Of a stretch of 64,000 nt of DNA, positions 1-14,400 are shown in pieces (the stretch's first letter is position 1; each line of letters starts with the position of its first letter). Location: the NCBI RefSeq assembly GCF_964204645.1, contig NC_134031.1:5766001-5830000 (forward strand), written 5' to 3'. The position numbers and the translations under genes were made by a program. Origin of the DNA: Tubulanus polymorphus (taxonomy: Eukaryota > Animalia > Nemertea). Below the pieces are notes generated by a model. The model did no database searches, was not told the DNA's origin, and saw only the letters and a list, made by a program, of their open reading frames with translations.

Positions 1-112
1 TGAACACGCTGGCCACTGGAATGCATGCTGGCTCAAACATAGCGTATTGGCTTGACGAGACGACTAGTGGTGTCTAGGTTGACCATGCCATTGGTAATCT
101 TGTACATCATGG
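1..112 (-). mobile_element. Possible LINE ORF2 C-terminal remnant within a GTF2H2 intron
   Basis: The minus strand reads MMYKITNGMV..., resembling the 'MMYKI.N.LV' segment at the end of many CR1/L2-group ORF2s. The match is very short. Confidence 0.35.
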
Positions 113-162
113 CTAGTCTGGCATTTCTGCGCCTATTCTCCAGTGTCGGCCAATGAGCTTAC

Positions 163-1306
163 CTTCAGAGATGAAAGGAGTCGGTTCGGTTTCAGATCTT
201 GGTCTTCCATCGCATTCGACATGTCTAATACAAGAAACATGTGTCTCATCTATAATAGATATATTCACTGTAATTTTATTTATCAATCCATTCAACCAAT
301 CCTAAAAAAACTAGCGGCAGTATTTTCACTAGATTCCTACCATTCCGAGTCGAACATTATTCGGTCTTTCTTCCAGCCTCTTACGTTTAGCTCGTAGCAC
401 GATTTCATCGATGCTCGCTTGTAACGACCCATCATCCCCTTCCTTTAATGCTTCCCTATATCAATCGAATAGAATCAGTTGCTATATCAAAAGGCCTATT
501 GTTCAGTTTTTAAATGGTTGCACAAGGCAGGTTCTTGCAGGTTTCCCAATTTCATTTTCCGCACCTTTTCCAAACCCAGATTAAAGATTTTCCACACTCC
601 TAAGTAACACATTCCCGACCTTGACTGACCAGGGGCTGATTGCTCATGAGTTGGTTAAAGATAACCAGCGGATAAATACTGTAGTAACAATGAACATCTA
701 ATTGTCATTACGTCAACTATCCACTGGTTAACTCTAACCAACTTGGCCCCGGAAAGTCAAAACTAGTATTTCAGTAGCAGCAGAATCCTGACACTCAAGA
801 AGGTCAGCATCAGTATGATTCGCACATAACCTCTTCAAGAACTCGAAGGTCTTGTCTAGTGCTTCGCCTTCTACTCAGTTCACCAGAGCTAGTACTAGGG
901 TCATCCTCGCTAGCCAGAATTCGGGTTTGGGTCTCATACAGGCCCCAGGACAGGGTTTGGGCCTCCTGCAGGCCAAGCACACATACAGCTAATCCCATAT
1001 AACCCGATTCTCTCAAACAATCTAAGTAAGATCTAAACTACGTGAAGCAAGATTAAAACAAGCATATAGCCCGCAATAACGGAACATTTTGTGACCGTCA
1101 AGTGCTGCCACCACAAAAAATTACTTTACACGAAATCAACGATTGTACGAGTCCATGACTAAAATTCAAATTATAACTTCATTGAGTAAATAAGATATAT
1201 ATTTCCTACTAATGTGAATATCTATTTACCAGGTTCGTTCGTATTCCGTCTCCCAGCGATAGAATTTACCCAGTTCTTCGCCAATACCGGCACTGGTGGA
1301 AGCCAT
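163..1306 (-). CDS. GTF2H2: General transcription factor IIH subunit 2 (p44/Ssl1), first three coding exons; the gene continues beyond the left edge of the window
   Basis: Minus-strand exons 1306-1230, 455-341 and 249-163 have GT-AG boundaries and consistent phase. They translate to MASTSAGIGEELGKFYRWETEYERTW/EALKEGDDGSLQASIDEIVLRAKRKRLEERPNNVRLGM/MRHMFLVLDMSNAMEDQDLKPNRLLSSLK, which matches the p44 N-terminus (RWE.GYERTWE...AKRKR...VRLGMMRH...MEDQDLKPNRL). Not represented in the ORF track. Confidence 0.95.
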
Positions 1307-1518
1307 CTTTTAAACAGAACCGTACAGTGGCTCCGCCACCAATTAGCCGTGGCCTAATTGCCTGCCAATCATTCGTAACGGACCAATCACGATCCTCAAC
1401 GCCTACCGGAAGTGAACGGCGAGGGCTGTAAATTTTTCTAGAAAAATAAAGAAACACGTGTAATTTCCATGAATATTAGAGATGTTTTGTCGACCAGTAG
1501 GTCTCAATAGTGTTGAGA
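1307..1518. promoter_or_regulatory. Bidirectional promoter between GTF2H2 and the SLC5 gene
   Basis: 212 bp separate the divergent ATGs (1306 minus, 1519 plus). CCAAT boxes at 1339, 1365 and 1383; ETS/GABP-type CCGGAAGT at 1406-1413; AAGATGGC (YY1-like) over the GTF2H2 start; no TATA box. Confidence 0.7.
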
Positions 1519-4500
1519 ATGTCGACTGATGTAGTTGAAGGAACAGCGCTGCATTACGGGGATATCATCGTTATTTGTCTTTACTTTGTTTTCGTCTTAG
1601 GGATTGGACTATGGGTGAGGTTATTTCTTGTGATTTTTGTTCGCTAATAAAAAAAAGTGTAGACTGTAGTCAATGTGACTGTCATGGTAGTACTAGTAGT
1701 AGTGTAGAGACTGTTTCATTCTGCTGTCACCTGCGGTAGCCTGCGTGCAACTGTTAGGCCTATGCTGCATATACCCACTCTCCATAATCTGTGCTTAACA
1801 TCTCTCACCCACCACAGATCGAGAAGCCCTAATTAGTTCTCTGAAATATGATAATGCCTGCCTTGTTGAACTGACTGGGCAAAACGAAATGGCATATGTA
1901 GGCCTACTATCACTATTAAAATAGCCAGACCCGATAACTGATTAAGATAAAAAACCACTACAGTATTCAAATTGAAATATTAAAGGTGAATTTGATTTTT
2001 AATCTATCCGATTTGTATGTTGACGCTGGGTTTTTTCTTAAAACTCAAATAGTAAGTAGGCCTGTATTGTTCATTCTCATTGATCTAGTAAACAATGTAT
2101 TCGGCTGTCAGCAGAACCTTAAATCCCTCAAACTGAATATTGCCTCATTTGTTCCGAGTGTAGACTGTATGGACGTAAAGCACATATAACGTTCCGTATC
2201 AAGACTTTAGATAATATTGTTAATTCTTCTGATGCATGCTTCATCTGTGACATAAACCATGATTATTATTAGGGGCCTGTCAGCATCATCAAATATCGGT
2301 GATTGTGCTAGATTGACTTTGTTAATCATCCTTTTACATATATTTTATCATCACAGGGGCCTGACACAAAAAGTGTTTGACCCCAGTATATCCTGGGATA
2401 TCAGGCCCTTGTTGTTTAATTCTCATTTTAATGTTCCTCGACATTGGTCCTGTCAACTTTTTTGAACTGTCAGACAGATAATGTCTTAGTTAACATTTAG
2501 GACTGATAAAGTTATTTTTGGCTTTGATTTCGAGTTTGTGTTGGAGCCTCGTTCGCTAGTAGTTCAACTTGGCCCTATTATTGACATTGCGCATATCAAT
2601 CATGTTCCGTCAAAACTTCAATGGTTTGGCTCGTACTCGAATGGCCCCGACATACATAGGCCTGTATAGATAAGATGAAAAATATATTGAGAAAAGAAAT
2701 GATAAAATGGATGGTTCATTTTTTTGACGCTGTTATAAGCGTTACACTTATGTTTATATACATAATTGATACCTAGTATGCGTTATTTGAAGCGTTCTGT
2801 GTGAGTCGATGTGCACTACGCCATCAATATCAGCTTTTCAAGATAACAATTACAATTGTGAATTTTGGCCTTGATTTTGCAATTTTAGATATATTTCCTG
2901 ACTTATTTTCTATTCATATCTTCTTAATAATGAATTTTGAGTGGATGTGCCCGACGTTGTCATGTTTGGTACTAACTATTATTAGTCCGTGCTGTTATTT
3001 GGACCAGCGATGTTCCCTGTGGCTAGAAACTTAACTGAGCTTAATAGCATTTCGCCATACAACCACTTTTCCGAGAATTTTCGGTTCAGAGTTGCTTTTA
3101 AGGCTAATCAGTACTTTGGACCAATGACGAAGTGACCACCAAAACTGAATTGTTAACACGGTATTAATCGTTATCGTCGTATGTTTCTCATTTCAGAGCT
3201 CAAGATCAAACCGTGGAAGTGTTGGGGGTTATTTCCTGGCCGGCAGAAACATGCACTGGATCCCGGTAAGAAAGCGAGCCGGCCGACGGTATTCTTATAG
3301 CAGGAAACAAAGAGAACAAACGGCAGGCCTTCCTGGACTTTGTACCACAACAAAACTACGCACCTGGTACTTTCAAGAATTAGCAGTCCAAGGTCTTTTC
3401 TAATGATTAGATTTGAATTAAGTAGTTCATTTCTGTTGAAAGTCTTGTTTATATTTCCCCTTAGTATTCAGATAATGATCCCTGGGTGAAGAATGTAATG
3501 AAAACTGATAAGAAAATTAATTCCCTTATCGCTGTCAAATTCTTTGATTTGAATATTAGACTGTAGATAGTGAAATCTAGTTCATTTCCAATTGCTTAAC
3601 AAATTTAAAGTCAAAACTGAATCTGTGTATCGATTATTGATATTGTGTCTTGCAATGATATCCATTGGTCCTATCATCCTATATTCTTGAGGTATTCCAA
3701 TAAGAGCATTAAAGATCAGGCAAATTTACAGTCTGAACAAGAACTTTATAAAAAGAAATTGAGGAGAGAAAATTCTGGAAAACAGAAATGTTAGCAGAAA
3801 ATTCCGGAATTCTGGGGGTGGGGGGTGGGGGTTACCCATCAAGCAGACAACAGAAAATTCTGGAAAACAGAAATGATGGCAGAAAATTCTGGAAAACAGA
3901 AATATCTAGAAATATTTCCGGAATTGTCAAGTGTCAATTCTGGACCTATCTGGGTAGATCTTGAGTCAACACCTAGACTTTCTCTTATATTCTGGGAATA
4001 CAATACAATACGATCGTTCTATACCTTTTTTGAGATGTGGAAGTAAATTATCGTTTTAGGTGGGCGCCTCTTTGTTTGCCAGTAATATCGGCAGTATACA
4101 CTTCGTAGGTTTGGCAGGATCTGGGGCCGCGGCGGGTTTAGGCATTGCTTCGTATGAACTAAATGTAAGTATTATTCTGGCTAAATGTGATAAAATTCTG
4201 CACACAAGTACACATTTGAAAAAAAAAAACTGAAATTATCATTCAAATTATAATCACACCTATGTATATGATTTGAATGATTATTTTATTTTCAAATTCG
4301 TGCATAGTGGGGCTTTTTGTCATATCACCTATTCTCCACAGGCTATTAGGCACAGACAGACTGCCAAATTATTCTGAATTTTTTTAAGTCCCTTAACATT
4401 TTAAGAATGTGGATTGGCCTATATCTTTTTTCCATTCGGGGAACAAAATTTTGAATTATTGGAAACAACGCGTATTATTTGTTCAGCAACTCGGATAAAC

Positions 4501-7500
4501 GATACACACACTGTACATGAACCCGAAATTGACTTTATTTGGAAAATGGGGAAATCAAACATTTATATTCTGATATATCTTAACAAACAACTGCCGGCTG
4601 TATTTATTGACCGGTAACATCTGGTCACCAGGGGTCGGTGTGACCTATCTTGTATGGGTTTTCTGCAAAGGGTGAAAGAAGATCAGTCTGGTTTTCGATT
4701 GGAAATATTGATTCCGAGAGTAAAATCATTGTTACTGCTGAACTTAATTTGACTGGGACTGTCTCAAATTCTGAAAACAGAGATTCATTTCAGTGTTAAA
4801 TGTTGACATACTGGTATAGCGGATATGTGTCCAAATACGGGTAACATGCGATATTAAACTGTTGCCACTGTCCCATTTAAATAATAGATAATCTCAAATT
4901 AAGGGTCTGTGAATGAAAAATGTGGTTTTCTAGCATGTAGGCCTATCTGTTAGGACTGGCTGTGAGAATATCAGTCACATACATGTCTCAAAGGGTGACT
5001 CCGGGTGGACTTTTGGTTTAAGTATCAGTTAAGAATAACCATCGATAATCAATTAAGAATTATTAGAACATGGAAATTTTCGTTTGTTAGTTAAAGTATT
5101 TTTTGTGGGTTTTTTGAACAGGCTATTTTAGTGGTTCTTGTCTTAGGATGGCTGTTCACACCAGTTTACCTGTCATCAGGGGTAAGTCTTATATTAAACA
5201 TTTGTTTATCTTTTTGTCCGGATAATTTTGAGATTGTCGAACAGACGCCCGGTACTTTCTAAAAGAATCGTTGATAGAATTGACTAAACAAGGAGAAATA
5301 CTTTTTAGCTTCACTGCAACCGAAGGTCAGCGGAAACGCGGTACTAGTGAGCTGTGGCCAAAGGCGTAAATCGATATGGAGCTGTTTTTTGCCCACCCTA
5401 GCGGACTATTGCATTCGCTATTCGTCCACATACTACACACTACAGTGACTGATCTTATCTGATCCTTACCGCATTTAGTAGTATGGATGTTCTATGGGCA
5501 ACTAGTAAATTGCTAACTAGCTGTTTTAAGATTTGATCCCTAAGAGGTACCCTCAGTGGTGTGGGCATAAGATAAACAATAAGTATAATGGAAATTTACA
5601 AAACACAGCAGACCTATGTCAGCTGATATGTTGGGCGATGTAGCCGTAGAGGGCTATTGCATTCAGTTATTTTTGGAAGTTTAAACGACACTTCATTGGA
5701 TTGTGCTGATATTTGGTTTATACAGTTGACTACGCATGTATGGTCTCACTGCATTTATAAACATTTACTAATCTATTTTGCTCCCAATAAATCTCCGGTT
5801 AACCTAATATACATCAGCTGATCAGATAAACACTTACTGTATTACGCGTCATCTCAGCGATATCCATCCTTATGCCTAGGGCACATCGACACTGCGATTG
5901 GAGACAACTAGTTGCAAGGCTATTTTCAGCGCATGAGAGGAACTGGCTGGATACGATCAGTTGCTTGAATGTGTCGATGTGAGCGAGCTTACGATTGGTA
6001 AGCGTCGATCTATCTCCAGTTCCAGCCAGTTGCCCTTGTTCTACTTTTGAGCAACTGGTTGTACTCAATCGCAGTCATATCCGTCGATGTGCGCGCTCTG
6101 GATTTCGACGATCGACACGCGCTATGCAGTTGCTGCAACTGACCGGTTGTAACTAGATTTCGATGTCCGCGGGGTAATCGTTCGGTAGCAACTAGTTGTC
6201 TCCAATCGCAGTGTCGATGTGCGCTAGGCTTTAGATAATATCGAAAATACATATGTATTTTTGATATTATCTTTTATCTGGATATAGCTGGTACCAGCCG
6301 ATACCATAGAAGCGTAGACGACTGTACGCGTGTCTACCCTAGACATTATATGTACAGTAGAATAACTAGGGACTGCCCAAATTTATCTGAATTTAGTAAA
6401 ATCTGAATCATGAATATATTACATGGTTCCACTATTAGTTAAGCTAGATATGATATACAGTTTGCAAAAAGGTTTTTCTTGTGGTGAAAGTCTTGAAAGT
6501 GCTTCTTGAATGACCTTGAGACTATCAGAACCTAAGGACTTGACTATAAGCTCTATCTCAGAACTCTGAACTGCTAAATCATTCCTTTGCATATAAACTT
6601 AAGACATTACTATACAGGATTCCCTAGAAATTCCAAAACAGTCCAAAATTTCATTCTAGAAGCTTAACAAGTAATCCAGAACTGGATACCTGGTTATAAT
6701 AGAATATAGCAGCAATGATCACAGGTTTTCTGCATTATATTTTGATACTTGCAAGCGATAAACCTTTAATGAATGGATTTGTCTGCCTTGGTGTCCGTTA
6801 CGACACAGCTGCTGTCATTACGATATATTGATGGGGAATTATTATATGCATCAACTAAGGTTTTATTTTGATTTTAATGATAAAACCTTTCCGTATTGAT
6901 TCAAATGATTTCCTGCTTCAATGACTTATGTAGAGTCAGTTGAACTTAAGCAGGAAACAGCAAAGGAAATGAAAAAATAACCAATTGATTTAGAAGTGGT
7001 AACCAGTCTCTCGGCGGCTAATACAAATTAGGTTCATTTTTCAATTCAACTCAAGCTTCAGGTCTTTCATCTAACACTTTTGGACAAGCAAAGAAAGGCA
7101 AATAATTTCTATCCATTGGTCGTTTATATCGATTTAATCATTGTCGAAATTGGATCAGCATTCGGGGGCTTGTGGACTTTTAAAGATTGGAAGATGACTG
7201 CATAAAGAATGCTCTATGATTATGGTTTCAAGGTCATTGGTTTCTGTATATGCTCACCAGGGGGCGTTGAATAACGCAATAACATGGTATTTCCTTATTT
7301 ATATAATCAGTACCTGTTTTATGATCGAAGTGAGTTTCAAAGCATTCATTGATAAATGAATTTGTTCACCGGACGACGTTGAATGTTAAAATTTTCCAAT
7401 TGTCGAGCATTTCACCCAGTTGGTATGGTGTCCCTGGACCCCTAGTTCTTTGAGAATTTATGTATATAATATTCGATGCTTAATTCTAGGTGTTTACGAT

Positions 7501-8377
7501 GCCGGAGTATTTGAGAAAACGGTTCGGTGGGCAGAGAATTCGCGTGACGCTGTCGGTCATCTTGCTCCTGATGTACATATTCACTAAAATATCGGTGCGT
7601 ATTCTTTCATTATTCGTTTTTTTTTTTTGCTAACAGAGTGCTCTGCGATGTCGGAAAAAGGCTCAGTTCGTTCAACATCTTTCGTGACATGAACCGAGAG
7701 AACAGCGTTGTCTGAACATAGAACTATAACCAAATGTGAATGCTGACTCCTCAAAAATCAGCTAAGCACCACTGATTATCTTGGGCAGGTTTCGTAGTCA
7801 CGGCTTAGACTAAAGACCAGTCTAAGACCATCGCAGTTCTATAGCTTATCTAACAGCGCAGTTCTATAGCTTATTTAACAGTTAAGACCTCTTTTGGTCT
7901 TAGGTCTCGACTATGGAACCGGCCCCTTGCGTTTTGTTCAGCGTCTTCGTCGTAAGCAATAAACAATAGATTTTCTAGGCTGGTTGCCGGTCTCTATTCT
8001 TAGTAAGTATTTTTCATGATGCGTTAAAAGTCCGAAAACTTCAACAAATCTTGAATGACGCTATCCTCAACGCTCGCAGAGAAAATATCGAAAATATTAC
8101 CGAAAATCTATTGCTTATCATCACCACCGGTGAGGGCGCTGATCGCAGAGGCAAATAGTTATGTCTCGGAGTCGGTATTCCCGTTCGCCTATAGTTCTAT
8201 GGGCTGAATTATAGTTCGATGGCCGTAAGCTGAATACGCTTGCCTTATCCCGACATGCCAGTTTTAAAATCTGAACAGGTTTTCATGTAACGGCAATGCT
8301 GTGCATCCTGCCGAGATCCTTCTGCAAAGGGAGAATGATGTATTGAGAAATACAAGCAGTGGTCAATCACATCTGTC

Positions 8378-8414
<37 letters not shown>

Positions 8415-11400
8415 TGTTATTCATCGTTTCATTCCAATGGTAAATAACCGTGCCGGTTTTTCGGGGTTTTCATTTTCAGGCTGATCTGTACGCCGGCGCC
8501 ATCTTTATCGAACAATCATTACATTGGGATATTTACCTCGCGATTCTACTGTTGTTGGCTATCGCGGCGATTTTCACGATCACCGGCGGTTTGACCGCCG
8601 TAATCTGGACCGATTTCGTGCAGACTATTCTCATGATCGTTGGCGCCGTTTCGTTAATGGTTCTCAGTAAGTTTACGTCCGTTAGATCTATTTCGAGGAG
8701 GGAGGGTTGTTATTCTGATTAATGCAAATAAATGATAATTCGTGTATATCTTGTTCATCGCGGGGACTTGAAAACAGAGCTGAAAAACTGTTCAGGATTT
8801 TCAGTATTTGTTACTCTTTTATAAGGAGAAATACTGATTAGATTTGTTTGATGCATACAGAAATATGAAAGACTTCCCAGAGCCGAACGCTCTAACCACT
8901 CGCCCACTTACCGTATGCCTACCAAGGGTTTTGATTATACCAATTCGATGATTACTCGTGACCGCATTTTTGGTGCAGGAAATTGGGGGAATGACGTTGA
9001 TTTACGCTTATCGATCTATTTTAGTCACTGTTCGTTCTGTAAACATCATTGATAATTCTTCTAAAAAATTGAATACGTAATTCTTGGTGAATATGGATCA
9101 ATTTTGAGATAGTTTTTCCTTCGGACAATATTTTTCCCAATGTCATATCAATGAGTCGGCCCTAGTAACCTTCCAATTCACGTGTCAATGGTAACTTGCG
9201 GTTTCTCAACCCGTAATAAACTTAATGGCAGTTCATCGAATAACTTGTCAGTCCTATCAAAAACACATTGGCCCTATGTACAGTAGACCTCACTTACCTC
9301 AGATGTCGCGATACCATAAAATATTTTCTCAGGCAGGCAATATCCAGACATAAAGTATTGAAGGAACAACGGCGGATCCAGGGCGACTTAAGATACTTGT
9401 GCAAGTCCATCAAATTCTTTTGGGTCCTTATTCATTTCTTCCCAATTTTTACGCTAAAACTTCGCACAAATTTCCGAGGTAAGCACGGTCTACTGAAATT
9501 ATGTATGTATGCTTGTAAAATCGTTCGCATTTGGTGATTTAAATTTGTCGTATCTTGTACGTAGTCGTTCCTGGAGTTTGTAATCAATTTTCTGGGATGT
9601 TTCAAATCACGCTGTAACCTAATTTTACTGTTTGTACGCGAAGAATGAAGGGTATTTATTCGGATCCCTTCGAAAAAAGAACTGGAAATTTCTATCACTA
9701 GAGCATCGCTGTGCTGTATAATGCTGGTTTAGTTTCAATATTAACACCTATGATTCCTCCATCTAAACGGATAATGCTTTCGAAGGTGCTTGAAAACTCC
9801 AGGAATGACTGATCTGTAGGGACCCTGACACTGTAGAAATCATTGCATTCTATCTGAAAGAAGACGTTAATCAGATGTAGGCCTTCTTTCGAGGTTAGGT
9901 TTTCGGCTTCAGAAGACCTATTCATAAATTGAAGCTTTTTTCGAATTGCTTATTATTTTGATGTAATGCAGTTAAACGATCAGAATATTGTATCACTGTG
10001 TATTGATGATCGGGAGTGAATTATATATCTTTTTCTTTTATGTGATCTTGATTTGAAATCTGTTCATAGGACGGTAAAAAAATTGAGTATGAAATATCTA
10101 TGCATGTATATGCTGAATGATGTGAATCCTGGCCAAACAAAGTATGTTAGAATATTCTGAAGAATTATTTACAATACTCAATGACTGTCTTTTGTAGATG
10201 TACATAAAGTATCAGAAAACATGTCTCCAAAACATCTGCTGTTTTGACATAGGCCCTAGCGTATGAAATAGTAAAGGTTTTTTCATGCTATTTATACTCG
10301 GGTTAATTCAGGTATTTTGCTAGGTGATAAAATCGACCCTACCACAAGCAACCTCCTATAGCTGCCTCGCAAATTTTCATATCCAGTTCGATAGTTATCA
10401 ATTCCGCGATTCCATAATTTTTTCCAAACGCTCCAGCTGCTAGTTGAAACTAGAAACGAGAGATTTTATCAAAAAAATTGTGGAATCACGACCAAGCTGC
10501 TGTTCCGCGTTGTCGAGATATAGCGTCAACTGGATGCGCGCGGTTGTAAAAGCGATCGAATGTAACAAAGTATTTCGCCGTTTGAATTTTGCAGGTTTTA
10601 TCGAAGTTGGCGGTTATAAGGGAATGGTCGACAAGTATCCGCGCGCCATGTCGAATTACACGAAACGCACGAACGACACGTGCGGCCGACCTCGCCCGGA
10701 CTACATGAACCTCATACGAGATCCTTTAACCGCCGATTTGCCGTGGCCCGGGATTATCGGTCTTACGATCAATTCCATCTGGTATTGGTGTTCCGATCAG
10801 GTACGACGATTGTTCGGCGCGCTATTCATTCTATTCGTCGGCATGATAGGCCTATACATTTAGTCGTTAAGTTATACATTTGATTAAAAAAATGAATCAA
10901 AACATCAAACGAAATCTACCAATCAAATAAATAACAGGGTCAATCCCTATTTTGAGAAATAAAAGGGAAAAAATATGGAAATATTCATAATACTTACTAG
11001 ATGAATTACCTGATAATTATAATGATAATGATGATAATAATAATAATAATGATGATACAATATTACTCCTGTACCCAGTGGAAAGAATGCTAGTTCCCCA
11101 GCCAGCCTGCCAATATAACACCCAGCCGGTTACATATTCCTTCTTATTTTGAATTTTTGATGTCGTAAATCGTTAAAATAATGTGTTGTATGCATTGAAG
11201 GTACTGTGCATTATTCAAGGGGTACTGTGTCACATGAGTCGATGTGAATTCCTCATCAGTATTGACATTTCGAAATAACAATTACATATACATCTATATC
11301 AAAATTAACATTTATTTGGTTATTGAATAAATTCCATATCTCTTAATTTGCTATTTGATGAATTTCATGAACAATGAATTTTTAAGATGGATGTGCACTA

Positions 11401-14400
11401 CGTCATTATTGGGGGCTAGACTGGTTGATTAATATAGTCTGCTATATGTAAGCAATATATGTTATATTTCAAGGCGGCAATAACATCTAAAGTTAGTTGT
11501 GGGGATTATTAGGCTGGAGTTTTGTCTATCGGTAAGATTAGATTTTGAAAATTTTCAGGTGATCGTCCAGCGAGTGATGGCCGGGAAGAATTTCACGAAT
11601 GCTAAACTCGGCTGTATCCTCTGCGGTTATTTGAAGATTCTGCCGATGTTTTTATTGGTGATGCCAGGAATGATCGCTCGGATCCTTTATCCAGGTATTT
11701 CATTGTCGTCTGTCAAATTATTCCAGAATGACGAGGTGGGATGGAATTGGGCACGTCCGATTCGTGAATTTCTTCGAACTTTTCGTTAAAATCGAATGAA
11801 CTTTTTGATGAAGTTATTATATCACTGGATGTCTTGGAGTACAGTGGATTGCCGAAAAAGAAACGTGAGATCGATTTTATTACGATTCGCATTATTTTAC
11901 AGATACAGTTGCATGTACAGATCCGGATGAATGTTTTAGAATCTGCGGAAGTTACACGGGATGTTCGAACATCGCTTATCCTCTATTAGTGCTGAAGTTG
12001 ATGCCTGCAGGTACGGTGGAGTCGATCAACAAGTCATTTGAACTAATTGTACGACATATTGCCGACGATCGTGTCCAAATATCAGTTTCAGATCATGATA
12101 TTTCGTGTCGAAATTGAAATCCAGGCTCGATTTGCATTCAATAATGCAAGAATCTGAATTCTCGAGCTGATATTTAACGCCATCGTTCTTGCCAGTAAAA
12201 TTTGCGGGCAATGAAACCATCGGTCACAATAACGGGAATGAAGTACAGTTTGTTAACACTGTCAGCCAAAAAGCAACTGTACCATCCCGATTTCCAGGGT
12301 GGAACGGTGTACAAGAACGACCAGCTACGAGATCCATTTTAATGAAGCATTCTGTCCATACTATGATGATAATGTTGTACTAAAGAATTCCACAATAATA
12401 ATGCAAAATCAAGTCTGAAATCTTCCCATGAGCTTACAATTTATTCATTCAACGGTTCGATATTCGCTTTATCCTGATAGTCTATTCCTAAAGATGACTT
12501 TTAAAGGATATAGACAAAACATTAGATGAATTAAGTATTATTTCAAGGTAACATTTCGGACTTTGTCTTGCTTTATTGTTAGTGTGGGCTTCTCTATAAA
12601 CTGCGAGGTATCTCTCAGTAGCAAAAGTGGTGGAACCAGAAGTACCGGAGTTACCTGATATCGGCGTCGAACGTTTTGATAATGTCCTGACTAATTATAT
12701 TAACCTGGCTAATGCATTGCTGTTGTTTATTCACAGGTGCTCGCGGTTTGATGCTAGCTGTGATGATGGCAGCTTTAATGAGCTCGTTGACATCTATATT
12801 CAATTCGAGCAGCACGATCTTCACTCTGGATATATGGACGCGTATTCGTAGGAAAGCGAGTGAAGTTGAACTTATGATTGTTGGAAGGTAAGATTAACAC
12901 CAAGTTTATTGTCTTTACCTGCCAAGCACGACCTCGTCATATGGGCAGAAAATTACCTTCACTTATTTCCTGCCAAATCCATACTGGTACGCTTGAATTG
13001 TTCCTCTAATTCTCTACCTCTAATGTTAGGTGGCGAAGTGGCTGATTGGTGGCCATAATGACTCACCCTATAAGTTTTAAGAACCCAACCAATTTTTGTG
13101 ATATTTGCATTCTATATTATGTCCGACCGATTGCTATGATGGATGTTTTTGAATTAGGGCTATAGACATTTTCATCGGCCGAGGGGTATTGCTAGCGTAG
13201 CTCTAGTCGCTATTACACCGTGTCCGTATTTTAATTGATGGATATGTATTATTTTTTCAGGGTGTTCGTAATTGGTTTGGTGTCTATAAGTATCGCTTGG
13301 ATACCGATCATTAAAGCATCGCAAGGCAGTCAGTTGTTCGTGTATATACAAGAAGTATCTAGTTTCCTCCAGCCTCCGATATGTGCTATTTTCTTACTGG
13401 CTATCTTATGGTCTCGTATCAACGAAAAAGTAAGCGACTTCTTCCTCAATCTACATCTTCTTCGTACCAGAAGTCCTTTATCGCTGGATGTTAGAATGAA
13501 TTTAGTTTCAATTCCGAAATTAGTCATTTGTCTGTCTCGGAAACATGAGAGCCCCGAGAAATCCGAGCTGTCTAATAAAGAACATCCAAGGTCTACAAGT
13601 TTTGCTGCTGAACCAAACTGGAGTTCGAACCAACTGCCCATCGATTAGTCCAACGCCCTCTCCAATAAGTCTAGAGGATGAATGTTTCATTAAAACTTAA
13701 ACGATGTGATCAAGAAGATAAAAGATCTCGTAAAAACATAATCTTATAAAAAGTAGCTTGTGGTATTTCATACCTCCCTTCATACCTAATATATTGACCT
13801 AGATTATATAGCTAATTTGAAGTATGGCACTATCATGAGATGTAAGAGATTTGTTCGACTTTTCTGGATTAATCAGCTATGTCTCGCGTATGTGCATTTT
13901 AATGAGCTCTCGAATCGTTTTGGTTGTTGCGGTCAATGCTGGATTATTGAGATTTGCGTATTTTATGTATTTCAGGGGGCGTTTAGTGGATTGATTGTGG
14001 GACTCCTCGCTGGTCTGATCAGATTCGCCGTTGAATATGCTTACACCATTCCATACTGCACTCAACACTTGCCCGATCCGCGTCCGTCTATTATAACCAA
14101 TTTTCATTATTTGTATTTCGCGATATTTTTGTTCTTGTTGACACTGGCGACGGCTATCATCGTCAGCCTTCTCACGGAGCCTATCGACAAAAAACATGTG
14201 AGTGATCCCTTGAAACTGTCACATAGACCCTTCCCGCTAAGACTGTACATGAACTATCTTTTCTTGAATGTCTGAAGACTCGGAAGAATTATACAGTAAA
14301 TTCTGCCTTGCTGAAGCGTAGATATATAAGCAAGTTGAAGTGTAAGAAATTGAAAAATCTTTTCCAAAAAGATCAAAGCAATCAAAGCAGCAGTTTTCTG

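Noticed and set aside
810-1016. 68-aa minus-strand ORF
   Set aside because: It lies in GTF2H2 intron 1, whose flanking exons join in frame without it.
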